Origin: Mobula hypostoma
Lineage: Eukaryota
Reading direction: 5' to 3'
Assembly (NCBI RefSeq): GCF_963921235.1
Contig: NC_086097.1
Coordinates: forward strand, 199,146,001 to 199,210,000
DNA: 64,000 nucleotides
The position numbers were made by a program, and so were the translations under genes. Positions within the stretch are counted from its first letter, which is position 1, and each line of letters opens with the position of its first letter. Below, in pieces: positions 36,536-48,204 of the stretch. The notes below the pieces were generated by a model. The model was given only the letters and a program-made list of their open reading frames with translations, made no database searches and was not told the origin of the DNA.

Positions 36536-38617
36536 TTAGCTAAGATAGACTGGCAAATGACACTTCAAGGATTGACGGTGGATATGCAATGGCAGGCATT
36601 TAAAGGTTGCATGGATGAACTACAACAATTGTTCATCCCAGTTTGGCAAAAGAATAAATCAAGGAAGGTAGTGCACCCGTGGCTGACAAGAGAAATTAGG
36701 GATAGTATCAATTCCAAAGAAGTAGCATACAAATTAGCCAGAGAAAGTGGCTCACCTGAGGACGGGGAGAAATTCAGAGTTCAGCAGAGGAGGACAAAGG
36801 GCTTAATTAGGAAGGGGAAAAAAGATTATGAGAGAAAACTGGCAGAGAACATAAAAACGGACTGTAAAAGCTTTTATAGATATGTAAAAAGGAAAAGACT
36901 GATAAAGACAAATGTAGGTCCCCTGCAAACAGAAACAGGTGAATTGATTATGGGGAGCAAGGACATGGCAGACCAATTGAATAATTACTTTGGTTCTGTC
37001 TTCACTAAGGAGGACATAAATAATCTTCCAGAAATAGTAAGGGACAGAGGGTCCAGTGAGATGGAGGAACTGAGCGAAATACATGTTAGTAGGGAAGTGG
37101 TGTTAGGTAAATTGAAGGGATTGAAGGCAGATAAATCCCCAGGGCCAGATGGTCTGCATCCCAGAGTGCTTAAGGAAGTGGCCCAAGAAATAGTGGATGC
37201 ATTAGTGATAATTTTTCAAAACTCGTTAGATTCTGGACTAGTTCCTGAGGATTGGAGGGTGGCTAATGTAACCCCACTTTTTAAAAAAGGAGGGAGAGAG
37301 AAACCGGGGAATTATAGGCCGGTTAGCCTAACGTCGGTGGTGGGGAAACTGCTGGAGTCAGTTATCAAGGATGTGATAACAGCACATTTGGAAAGCGGTG
37401 AAATGATCAGACAAAGTCAGCATGGATTTGTGAAAGGAAAATCATGTCTGACGAATCTCATAGAATATTTTGAGGATGTAACTAGTAGAGTGGATAGGGG
37501 AGAACCAGTGGATGTGGTATATTTGGATTTTCAAAAGGCTTTTGACAAGGTCCCACATAGGAGATTAGTGTGCAAACTTAAAGCACACGGTATTGGGGGT
37601 AAGGTATTGGTGTGGGTGGAGAATTGGTTAGCAGACAGGAAGCAAAGAGTGGGAATAAACGGGACCTTTTCAGAATGGCAGGCGGTGACTAGTGGGGTAC
37701 CGCAAGGCTCAGTGCTGGGACCCCAGTTGTTTACAATATATATTAATGACTTGGATGAGGGAATTAAATGCAGCATCTCCAAGTTTGCGGATGACACGAA
37801 GCTGGGTGGCAGTGTTAGCAGTGAGGAGGATGCTAAGAGGATGCAGGGTGACTTGAATAGGTTGGGTGAGTGGGCAAACTCATGGCAGATGCAATTTAAT
37901 GTGGATAAATGTGAAGTTATCCACTTTGGTGGCAAAAATAGGAAAACAGATTATTATCTGAATGGTGGCCGATTAGGAAAAGGGGAGGTGCAACGAGACC
38001 TGGGTGTCATTATACACCAGTCATTGAAAGTGGGCATGCAGGTACAGCAGGCGGTGAAAAAGGCGAACGGTATGCTGGCATTTATAGCGAGAGGATTCGA
38101 GTACAGGAGCAGGGAGGTACTACTGCAGTTGTACAAGGCCTTGGTGAGACCACACCTGGAGTATTGTGTGCAGTTTTGGTCCCCTAATCTGAGGAAAGAC
38201 ATCTTTGCCATAGAGGGAGTACAAAGAAGGTTCACCAGATTGATTCCTGGGATGGCAGGTCTTTCATATGAAGAAAGACTGGATGAACTGGGCTTGTACT
38301 CGTTGGAATTTAGAAGATTGAGGGGGGATCTGATTGAAACGTATAAGATCCTAAAGGGATTGGACAGGCTAGATGCAGGAAGATTGTTCCCGATGTTGGG
38401 GAGGTCTAGAACGAGGGGTCACAGTTTGAGGATAGAGGGGAAGCCTTTTAGGACCGAGGTTAGGAAAAACTTCTTCACACAGAGAGTGGTGAATCTGTGG
38501 AATTCTCTGCCACAGCAAACTGTTGAGGCCAGTTCATTAGCTATGTTTAAAAGGAAGTTAGATATGGCCCTTGTGGCTACAGGGGTCAGGGGGTATGGAG
38601 GGAAGGCTGGGTTCTGA
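36536..38617 (+). CDS. CR1 ORF2 reverse transcriptase, open frame but lacking the endonuclease domain
   Basis: Part of the 747-aa ORF: KSPGPDG, NYRPVSLTS, YLDFQKAFDKVPH, GVPQGSVLGP, KFADDTK, RTRGH. The first ~54 codons of the track ORF are flanking DNA. Confidence 0.85.
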   Translation, partial: LAKIDWQMTLQGLTVDMQWQAFKGCMDELQQLFIPVWQKNKSRKVVHPWLTREIRDSINSKEVAYKLARESGSPEDGEKFRVQQRRTKGLIRKGKKDYERKLAENIKTDCKSFYRYVKRKRLIKTNVGPLQTETGELIMGSKDMADQLNNYFGSVFTKEDINNLPEIVRDRGSSEMEELSEIHVSREVVLGKLKGLKADKSPGPDGLHPRVLKEVAQEIVDALVIIFQNSLDSGLVPEDWRVANVTPLFKKGGREKPGNYRPVSLTSVVGKLLESVIKDVITAHLESGEMIRQSQHGFVKGKSCLTNLIEYFEDVTSRVDRGEPVDVVYLDFQKAFDKVPHRRLVCKLKAHGIGGKVLVWVENWLADRKQRVGINGTFSEWQAVTSGVPQGSVLGPQLFTIYINDLDEGIKCSISKFADDTKLGGSVSSEEDAKRMQGDLNRLGEWANSWQMQFNVDKCEVIHFGGKNRKTDYYLNGGRLGKGEVQRDLGVIIHQSLKVGMQVQQAVKKANGMLAFIARGFEYRSREVLLQLYKALVRPHLEYCVQFWSPNLRKDIFAIEGVQRRFTRLIPGMAGLSYEERLDELGLYSLEFRRLRGDLIETYKILKGLDRLDAGRLFPMLGRSRTRGHSLRIEGKPFRTEVRKNFFTQRVVNLWNSLPQQTVEASSLAMFKRKLDMALVATGVRGYGGKAGF

Positions 38618-38717
38618 GTTGGATGATCAGCCATGATCATAATAAATGGCGGTGCAGGCTCGAAGGGCCGAATGGCCTACTCCTGCACCTATTTTCTATG
38701 TTTCTATGTTTCTATGT
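36536..38717 (+). mobile_element. CR1 LINE, young, 5'-truncated
   Basis: Uninterrupted ORF2 RT region. (TTCTATGT)n tail. Possible short TSD GTCTT. Confidence 0.95.
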
Positions 38718-39428
38718 CTTGCTTACCAGTAGCCTATCTTTATGATATATTTGGAACTTATTTGAATACAGTATCTTGTGTATTATTTTGTATCATTTGT
38801 GATATACTTAATGCTTGCCTTGTACTTACCATAATGGGAATTTGGACACCTTTTGATTGTATGTTTTTCTTTCTGTCAGTTTTACCCTACTGCCAGTTGT
38901 TACATTAAAGAACATCAATTTGGAACGTCTTTGTCAGTGTAGTAACTGGGAATGGAGTTCATCTGCCTGTCAATTCATGCAAGGCATGTGAAGAGGACAG
39001 GATACCCAGTACCACTGATACAGACAAGGTCTTCTACTCCACCCTGCTTCCTGATATCAATTGCCAGATCTTCCATCTTGCTGACATTGAGTGAAAGGTT
39101 ATTGTCTTGAAGCCATTCCACTAGGTTCTCTGTCTCCATCCTGAACACTTGGAAACAATGGCCTAATTAGGGACAGGTTGTCTGGTGTGTGTGGGGCAAG
39201 TCATGTCTTACTATTTTGACTGGGCTTTTGAAGAAGTGACAAAGGCGATGTTGAAGGAAGTGTGGTGGATGTAGTCTACATGGATATTAGAAAGGTGTTT
39301 GAAATGAGAGGCTCATCCAGAAGATTAAGATGCATGGTGTCTACGGTGAATTTGTACTTGGATTGAGAATTGGTTTTCCCATTGAAGACAGATGTGGTGT
39401 TTGATGGGACCCTGCTATTCGTGATATA

Positions 39429-39983
39429 CACTCAATGGCCACTTTATTAGGAACCTCCTGTATCTAATACAGTGGCCACTGTGTCTACGTTCACAGTCTT
39501 CTGCTGTTGTAGCCCATCCACTTTAAGATTCAACATGTTGTGCTTTCAGAGGTGTTCTTCCGTACCTCACTGTTTTAACACATAGCTAATTGAGTTACTG
39601 TTGCCTTACTGTCAGCATGAGCCAGTCTGGCCATTCTCCTCTGACCTCTTTCATTTATCAAGGCATTTTTGCCCACAAAACTGAAGCACACCAGATGTTT
39701 TTTTGTTTTTCACGCCATTCACTGCAAACTTTTGAGATTATTGTGCATGAAAATCCCAGGAGATCACCAGTTTCTGAATTACTCAAACCACCCTGTCTGA
39801 CCAGGGCCAAAGTCACTTTGATCCCATTCCTTCTCCATCCTGATGTTTGGCTGAAACAACAACTGAGTCACTTGACCATATCTACATGCTTCTATGGATT
39901 GAGTTGCTGTCACATCATTGGTTGATTAGATATTTATATTAATGAATAATGCAGAGGTGAACTTATAAATTGGCTACCGAGTG
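39429..39983. mobile_element. Tc1/mariner-type non-autonomous element
   Basis: TA + CACTCAATGGCCACTTTATTAGG at the left end. Eroded complement ...ttataaattggctaccgagtg at the right. Interrupts the CR1 RT region. Confidence 0.7.
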
Positions 39984-40089
39984 TGTATGGCCTTGATGAA
40001 AACATAGATGGGCTGGTTAATGAGTTTGCAGATGATATGAAGATTGGTACTGCTGTGGATAGTGTAGAAGACTGTCAGAGGGTACAATG

Positions 40090-40543
40090 GTTGTTGTCCA
40101 GACAAAGCCTTCATGCTGCGGGGTCAGGGAGAAGACGGTGGAGATGGTGAGGCGTGGTGGATGTCTGTGCTAAACTAGGGGCTGACCCCTGCTGTTGGTG
40201 CTGCCCTCCGGTTTTGTCTCGATGGAAGACAAGCTGAAATGTGTTCATCTGCAGCTGCACTAGTGTGTGATGAGGAACTGTTGTGTGCTTGTTCTTGTGG
40301 AAACATGGCTCCAAGACATCATCCCACGCACCATCAATCTACAGGCCATGACACCCAGGGACTTGGGCTATGTAGTTTTTGTGATTGCATGTTTTACTAC
40401 TATTGTATTTGTATGTGGTATATGCGTCTTGTGCTGTGTGTGACTCTTTGTACTCTGTTTCACACCTTGGCCCTGAAGAACTCTATCTTGTTCGACTGTA
40501 TTCATGTATATGGTTGAACGACAATTGAACTTGAGCTTGAACT
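40090..40543 (+). mobile_element. Unclassified short retroposon with (TTGAAC)n tail
   Basis: Interrupts CR1. Ends attgaacttgagcttgaac, similar to the Rex1/Babar-type tails in this window. Confidence 0.45.
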
Positions 40544-42214
40544 AGATCAGTTGCAGTCAGGGTTGGAGAAATGGTAGATGGAATTTAACTCAGCCAAATG
40601 TGAAGTATTGCACTTTAGCAGATCAAATGTAAAGGGATAGTACATGGTAAATGCAAGGCCCTTCACAGTGTTGATGTGCCAAAGGATCACGGGGTCCTTT
40701 ATTAGTGAGGGAACTGAGTCTAAGTTGGGAAGTTATGTTGCTTCTTTATTGCACTCTAGTTAGACCGTACCTGGAGCACTATATTCATTTCTGGTTCCAT
40801 GAAGGACACTGAGGATCTGCAGAAGATGCACAAAAGGCTCACCAGGATGCTGCCTGGATTAGGAGACATGACCTATAAAGAGAAGTTGGACAAACTTTGG
40901 TTGTTTTCTCTGGGGTAGAGGAGGCTGAGAGGAGACTGAGTAGAGAGCCAATATCTTTTTCCCAGGATTGAACTAACCACTACAAGAGGGCATTTATTTA
41001 AGGTGAGTGGGGGTAAATTCAAAGGAGAATTGCAGGACATGTTTTTTGCATGAGACATGCCACTGGAGTGGTGTGAAAGGCAGATATAGACTCCTCCAGG
41101 TGCCTCTTAGATCTTCACATGTAAGTGCAAGAAGCAGAAGGCTATGGACATTGTACAGGCAGAAGCAATTAGTTTAGTCGAGTATTTGATTATTAATTTA
41201 ATTAATTAGGTACAACACGTTGGCCAAAGGGCCTGTTCCTGTGTTGTACTTTTCTATGTTTTATACTTCAATTGAGATGAGGCCTCCTAAGGTGGTGCCT
41301 TCTGCAAGGTTACATATAGATGGAGTTTGTGCAGAATTTGACCTCACAATTGTGAATGTTTTGTCGCTATATAAATTGCTGTGGGTCAAATTTGTCTAGG
41401 TGGCTGGAATTAATGTGTACCATGATCAGCCTCTTGAAATACTTCATCTTGATGATGGATGCAAGAGCCACCTTATTTTCCTTTGGCACCAGGATGATAG
41501 TGTTTTCTCGTAAAACAGATGGAACCTCAGAATGAAGTAGAAGGTTAAAGATATCTACAGATACTCTTGCCAGCTCCTCCATGCAGGATCCGAGGACAAA
41601 GGTAGGGACTCTGTGTGGCAGTCGATTTCCATGGCTCCGCCATCAGGAAGACTGCTATGACTTCTGTTACGACGACTCTGGGTATGGATGCATCAAAGGT
41701 TGATGGGGTGGGTGTCATCAGTTCACTGACCTTGTCCTCCTGATTTGACTATAATTCATCATTATTCTGTGCTTTAATTCCCACTGGCAAGCAGGCAACC
41801 TGCCACCAACCATTTAACTATGCCGGAAGCTGCCTGCACTTGCAAATTGCAGAGGTGTACTGAATGGTATTAGAAGTAGTCCAGCAGGATATGATCCAGC
41901 ATTCAAGAAACATTGCTGCACATAAACCAACCTTCACATCTTTGCATAAGCGACTCTACCTTCAGTTTGGTTCCATCAGTTTTCTTCGTGTGTGATATGA
42001 TTTCATGTCTCTGAGCAGCCTTAAAGCTTCTAATTTATATAAAATTGCAAATTGCTCATTTACATACATTAACAATCTTTCTTAAAGTCCAAATAGTTTT
42101 TAGTTGTCAGTACAACAGTCTCAAGGTAAGCAGCTGAAAAGAGCTCTGGAAATCAGGATTAAATCTGAGCCTTTGGCACTGAGAGTCAAGTGAAATACTG
42201 TGCTCTTCTGTGAG

Positions 42215-45200
42215 ACCATAAAATATCGTGTAGGAGCAGAATTAGGTCATTTGGCCTGTCGCATCTGCTCCATCATTTCATGATGGCTGATCCAATTTTC
42301 CTCTCAGACCCAGTCTCCTGCTTTCTCCTGTATCCCATCATGCCCTGACCACGGATGACTCTATCAACTTCTGCCTTAAATATAAATAAAGACTTGGCCT
42401 CCACAGCTGCCTATGGCAAAGAATTCCACAGATTCACCACCCTCTGGCTAAAGAAATTCCTCCTCATCTCTGTTCTAAAAGGACACCCCTTTATCCTGAG
42501 GCTGTGTCCTCTGATCTTAGAATTCTCCTACCAAAGGAAACATTATCTCCACACCCACTCTATTAGGCCTTTCACCATTCTATAATTTTCAGTGAGGTCA
42601 CCCCTCAGTCTCCTGAATTCTGGTGAATACAGACCCAGAGGCATCAAACGCTCCTCATATGAAAAGCCTTTCAATCCTGGAATCATTTTCATGAACCTCC
42701 TTTGAACACTTTCCTGTTTCAGTACATCCTTTCTAAGATAAGTGGTCCAAAACTGCTCACAATACTCCAAGCAAGACCTCACCAGTGCTTTATAAATTCT
42801 CAACATTACATCCTTGCTTTTATATTCTAGTCCTCTTGAAATGAATAATAAACATTGCATTTGTCTTCCTCACCATGGACTCAACCTGCAAATTGACCTT
42901 TAGGGAATCCTGCACAAGGACTCTCAAGTTCCTTTGCGCCTCAGTTTTTTGTATTTTCTCTCCATTAAGAAAATAGTCTACTCTTTCATTTCCTCTGCCA
43001 AGTGCAAAACCGTACCCTTCACAACACTATTACATTTGCCATTTCTTTGCCCATTCTCTGAATGTCTAAGTCCTTCTGTAGCCCCTCTACTTCCTCAAAA
43101 CTAACTATCCTCCACCTATCTTCATATCATCAGCAAACTTTGCACAAAGTCATCAATTCCATCAACCAAATTACTGACGTATAACGTAAGAAGTATTGGT
43201 TGCAACAGAGACCCCTGTGGAACACCACTAATCAGCAGCAGGCAGCCAGAAAAAGGCTCCCTTCATTCCCACTCTTTGCCTCCTGCCAATCAGCTACAAC
43301 TTTATCCATTCTAGAGTCTTCATGTAATACCAAGGGCTTATAACTTGTTAAGCAGCTTCATATGTTTCACCTTGTCAATGGTCTTCTGAAAATCCAAATA
43401 TACAACTTCAACCGATTTTCCTTTGTCTACCCTGCTCGTTATTTCTTCAAAGAATTCCAACAGATTTGTCAGACAAGATTTTCACTGAGGAAACCATGCT
43501 GACAATGGCCTACTTTATCATGTGCCACAAAGTATGCCAAAACCACCCCCTTCCCTACATTTTCCCAACCACTAAGGTCAGACTAACTTCCCTACAGCAC
43601 TTTTTCTTCTGCCTCTTTCCCTTCTTGAAGAATGGCATGGCACTTGCAATTTTCCTGTCACTGGAATCATTCTACAATCTAGTGATACTTAAAAGATCAT
43701 TACTAATGCCTCCACTATCTTTTCAGCCATCTTTTTCATAACTCTGGAGTGTACACCATTTGGTCCAGGTGACTTATCAACCTTCAGACCTTTAAGTTTC
43801 CCAAGAACCTTCTCCCTAGTTATGGTAACTTCACACATTTCATACCTTTGACACCTGGAACTTCCACTATACTGCAAGTGTCTTCCAGAGTGAAAACTGA
43901 TGCAAAATACTTATTCAGTTTGTCCCCATTACTACCTCACCAGCATCATTTTCCAGGGGTCTGATATCCACTCTCACCTCTCTTTTACACTTTATGTATC
44001 TGAAGAAACTTTTGGTATTTGTTATATTATTGGATAGTGTACTTTCATAATCCTTCTTTATCTTCTTAATGATTTTTTAATAGCTTCCAGTTGGTTTTTA
44101 AAAGATTCCCCATCCTCTAACCACATTAACTTTTGCCCTATTATATGCACTCTCTTTGGCTTTTATATTGACTTTGACTTCTCTTGTTTGGCACAGTTTG
44201 GTCATCTTTCCTTTAGAAAACTTCTTCATCTTTGGGATGTATGTATCCTGTGCTTTCCGTATTGCGTCCAGAAGTTCCAGTCATTGTCGATCTGCCATTA
44301 TCCCTGCTAAATTCTGGTCAACTCTTCTTTCATGCCTCTGTAATTCCCTTTACTGCACTGTAATACTGATACGTCTTCCCCTTCACAAATTTCAGGGTGA
44401 ATGCGATCATTTTCCTCTAAGGGTTCTTTTACCTTAAGCTCGCTAATGAATTCCAGTTTATTGCACAGCACCCAGTCCCGAATAGCTGATCCTCTAGTGG
44501 GCTCAACCATGAGCTGCTCTAAAAAGCCAACTTGTAGGCTCTCTAGAAATTCCCCTTCCTGGAATCCACCACCAACATGATGTTCCCAATCTACCTGTAT
44601 AATGAAGCCCCCCATGACTATTGTAACATTGCCCTTTTGGCATGCATTTGCTACCTCCCATTGTAATTTGAAGGTCACATCCTTACTGCTGTTTGGGAGT
44701 TTGTATACAACTTCCATCAGGGTTTTTTTACCCTTGCAGGTCCTTAGCTCTCTCCATAATGATTCACCTTCTGACTCTATGTCACCTCCTTCTAATGATT
44801 TGATTTAACTTTTTATCAGCAGAGCATAACGCTCCCAGCTATAATCTTTCAGCCATGATTCAGTGATGCCTACAACATCATACCTGCCAATCTGCAACTG
44901 TGCTGCAAGTTCCTCTATCTTATTTCATATACTGTATGCATTCAGGTACAACCCTTTCATCCTGTATTCACCCTTTTCAATTTTGTTGCTCCATGCTCAA
45001 CCTTTTGATTTCTAACTTTGTCTGAGGTCTTACCAACATCTCCCTCCACATTCTCTCCACTAACTGTTCTGGCATTCTGGTTCCCATCCCCCTGCAACTC
45101 TAGTTTAAAACCCACCATGCAGCATAAACAAACATTCCTGCTATAATGTTAGTCCCCCTACAGTTCAGGTGCAAATGATCCTCTCTCTGTAGGTCCCAAC

Positions 45201-45400
45201 GATCCAATAATCTTCTGTCCTTCCTCCTACACCAGCTCCTTAGCCACGTATTAAACTGTATCGTCTTCCTAGTTTTAGCCTCACTAGCACGTGGCAAGGG
45301 GAGCAACCCTGAGATCACAACCCTGGAGGTCCTGCCCTTTAACTTAGCACCTAACTCCGTGAACCCTCTATGCACAACCTCATTACTCATCCTACTCATC
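42215..45400 (-). mobile_element. Long degenerate CR1 (ORF1 esterase end, endonuclease, RT, tail)
   Basis: ORF1 SGNH-esterase-like RVVISGLLP...FNTWLRSWC...DHLHLNCRG (45100-45408). APE-like IVMGGF...FLEQLMVEPTRGSAIRDWVL. KSPGPNG. LYSPEFRRLRGDL. Confidence 0.88.
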
Positions 45401-45521
45401 TGTAACATTGATTTTAGGATGATTAGTATATGATTTCCAGATTTTGCTCTACTCTTTCATTGGGATGGTATGGTAGTGTAGTGGCTAACACAACACTTTA
45501 CAGTACAAGTGACCTGGGTTT

Positions 45522-45748
45522 ATCTCCCGCCACTGTCTGCAAGGAGCTTGTACATTCTCACTTTGGCCACATTGGTTTCCTCCGGGTGCTCCAGTTTCCT
45601 TCCACAGTCCAAATACATATTGGTTGGTAGGTTAATTAGTCATTGATTAGGCTAAGGTTAAATTGGGAGTTGCTGGGCAGCATGCCTTGAAGGGTTGGAA
45701 GTGCTAATTCCACACTGTATCTCAATAAAATAAAAATAAAAAATAAAA
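45522..45748 (+). mobile_element. HE1/V-SINE-type SINE (head may extend to ~45462)
   Basis: ggtttcctccgggtgctccagtttccttccacagtccaaa core and (TAAAA)n tail. Homologous to 6823-7118. Confidence 0.8.
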
Positions 45749-46424
45749 GCTTGAAGTAATATTAGCTGGGAAAAGGAGTGAAGGAGACGCGCTTGGATAC
45801 TTAAGTTCTTACCATCTTGAAGATGAACTTTGCAAGTGGCTGTATTTTGTGAAAGGCAAATATGAATAACAATGAAAATTGTTCTAACTGTTTAAGAAGA
45901 GCAACAAAGTAAAAAGACTTCTATTTATAGACCATCTTTCACAACCTTGGGATGTCTCAAACCATGTTTCAGCCAATGAAAATTGTTTAATGTTAGTTAC
46001 TATTTTATTTTCTTATCTTCTGGCGAAGCTGATCTCCTTTCTAGGAAACCTTAGCGAGAAGCAAAGATTTGTGAACTTGCTACTCCAACAAGTTCATAAA
46101 GCAAGTTTGATATTTTAACTTGGAAATAACAATGGATGTTGGGCTCTGCACACACTCTAACCATACCAAATCTGACATTTCAAAGGCATTTTTCACATAA
46201 AAGCTGTAGTTGCTGCTAACAGATGTTTTCAGTTGTACATACCAGAAAAAAAGTTGACTTAAAAATTCTTAACATTCAATGTCCTTATCGATGCTAACAA
46301 CATACAGATGTATTGATAATTACAATGAGTGGCAGATTCACTGGGATTTAGGGAGGAAATATTCTATTAGAATAATCTAGAATATCATACAGAGTCTGGG
46401 AATCACACAGGGAAATAGTTAAAT

Positions 46425-46705
46425 ATATTTTATTTAGAGATACAGTGTGGTACAGACCCTTGTAGCAATGAGCCACACCACCCAAAAATCAATTTCTTCC
46501 CTTAATCACAGGACAATTTACAATGGCCAATTAACTTACCAACTGGAATGTCTTTGGACTGTGGAAGGAAACCAAAGCACCTGGAAGAAACCCATGCGCT
46601 TATGGGAAGAACATACTAACTTTCTTAGAGGACGTTGGAATGGAACTTAAAACTCCGAGCCCCCAGCTGTTATAGCATTGCCATAACGCTACACTATCGT
46701 GACGC
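46425..46705 (-). mobile_element. HE1/V-SINE-type SINE
   Basis: Reverse-complement homologue of 6823-7118 and 45462-45748. Confidence 0.75.
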
Positions 46706-46944
46706 TCCAGAATGAATCTGAAAAATTCTTCGTAGTGTTGGATAGTCAAAAGTTGTTTCATATTGACTCTGGTTTATATTACAGGCAACTGCATTTGAAG
46801 GACATTTGGACCGATACTTAAGAAAGTATAGAGGGATATGGGTTTAATGTGGATAAGTGAGATTAGTGTAGATAGTCATCACAGTAGGCATGGGTGAGGT
46901 GGCTGTAAGTGTCTATCTGTGCTGAATGGATGTGTGATTTTTCA

Positions 46945-47470
46945 TTCCACTCAGACCGATCTCTCTATGGCCTCCAGCACTGATATAATGAGACCTTATG
47001 TCAGGTTGAGAAACAACACCTCCTCTTCTGTTTGAACACTTACAGCCTTCTGGAGTCAATATTGAATTTTATGACATTACGTACTAACTTTATTTGGATG
47101 TGTCAGAACTGCCCTTTTCCTCTAACTTATCCATCTGTGATTTGACTCAGTTTTTTCCTCTCTATAGCACAGATTGACATATTGTGCATGTTCTACATCC
47201 TTATGTTTTTCAGCATGGATTCCTTTATTTGTATAAGGTGTCTTTAACTGCCCCTATTAACCCAATAACTTGATAACCTCTATGATTTATCTTCATGTAG
47301 TTCTGTCCTCATCCAGTCAAAGAAATTCCCTTCATCCTTTCCCCTTGCCCCACCCTTAACAGCCTAAGGAATTTTTTCTCTCTTTCTTCAAAATGTCAGC
47401 TTTGCTTCTCTTTCCACAGAAGCCGGCGGACCCGTTCAGTATTGCTGACATTTTTTTTTAGCTTTTGTTT
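46945..47470 (+). mobile_element. Old Penelope-like 3' fragment
   Basis: ggttgagaaacaacacctcctcttctgtttgaacacttacagcc is homologous to the GIY-YIG C-terminus at 683-730. Confidence 0.6.
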
Positions 47471-47570
47471 ATCTAGGATTTATAATTTCTGATTTTTATT
47501 GCTAATAGTGGAATGGCAAATGCCAGTTAATCAAAATTTTGGATTTAACATGTAATACATATTTATATAT

Positions 47571-47723
47571 GCAACACATGCAAAATGCTGGAGGAACTCA
47601 GCAGGCCAGGCAGCATCTATGGAAAAGAGTATAGTCGATGTTTCGGGCCAAGATGATTCGGGTCTCAGCATTTTGTGTGTGTTGCTTGGATTTCCAACAT
47701 CTGCAGGTTTTCTCTTGTTTATG
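47571..47723. mobile_element. Fold-back Penelope 3'-end mini-element
   Basis: gcaacacatgcaaaatgctg ... cagcattttgtgtgtgttgc inverted arms. Contains a partial hammerhead stem II and GAAAC on the minus strand. Confidence 0.75.
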
Positions 47724-47930
47724 CCTTTTTGTATTCCTAGATTATAGTAAAATAATACGCACAAAGTAACATATAAAGATGTTACTTTATATGCATAAAG
47801 TAACATCTGGGAATGGCAGCAACCTCTAAATATGTGGTTTACTTGGGGTTCTTCTCAGACCTCAAGAGAATAAGTTACCATAATGAGGTGTTCAGCTATT
47901 GGCTTTTTCAGCAGCCCTTTGAGGCCACAT

Positions 47931-48204
47931 ACTGTACCTTAGAACTTATCTTGCTAACGGACGCACAAAATAAATCGAGATAAAGCACGTGTTTAAGCAA
48001 TGGCGGCTAGAATGCAGTTCCGGGGGAGGAGCTTGGCTGCTTGGGGCAAGCGCTGCGTTTTTTTCGCACGCTGCCATTTTTCACGTGCTGCATTTTTTGT
48101 AACAGTGAAAAAACCTTCTGTTAGCGAAAACAGGGTACAAATGTAGGTCTTTTGTAACACTGAGGTTTCGTGAAGCGAACGTTGGAAAAGCGGGGGACAC
48201 CCGT
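47931..48204. mobile_element. Tigger/mariner-like DNA transposon end fragment
   Basis: CpG-rich block ending gcgaacgttggaaaagcgggggacacccg + TA. Only one TIR is visible. Confidence 0.5.

Larger units (their letters stand above)
39150..41262 (+). mobile_element. Degenerate CR1 with two nested insertions
   Basis: gtggatgtagtctacatgga, gagtttgcagatga, ctggagcactatattcatttctgg and tail aaagggcctgttcctgtgttgtac. Confidence 0.75.

Noticed and set aside
36374..38617. 747-aa ORF as a host or domesticated gene
   Set aside because: It is CR1 ORF2. The track start is a TTG in flanking DNA, a near-identical broken sibling lies at 16537-18746, and it ends in a CR1 tail.
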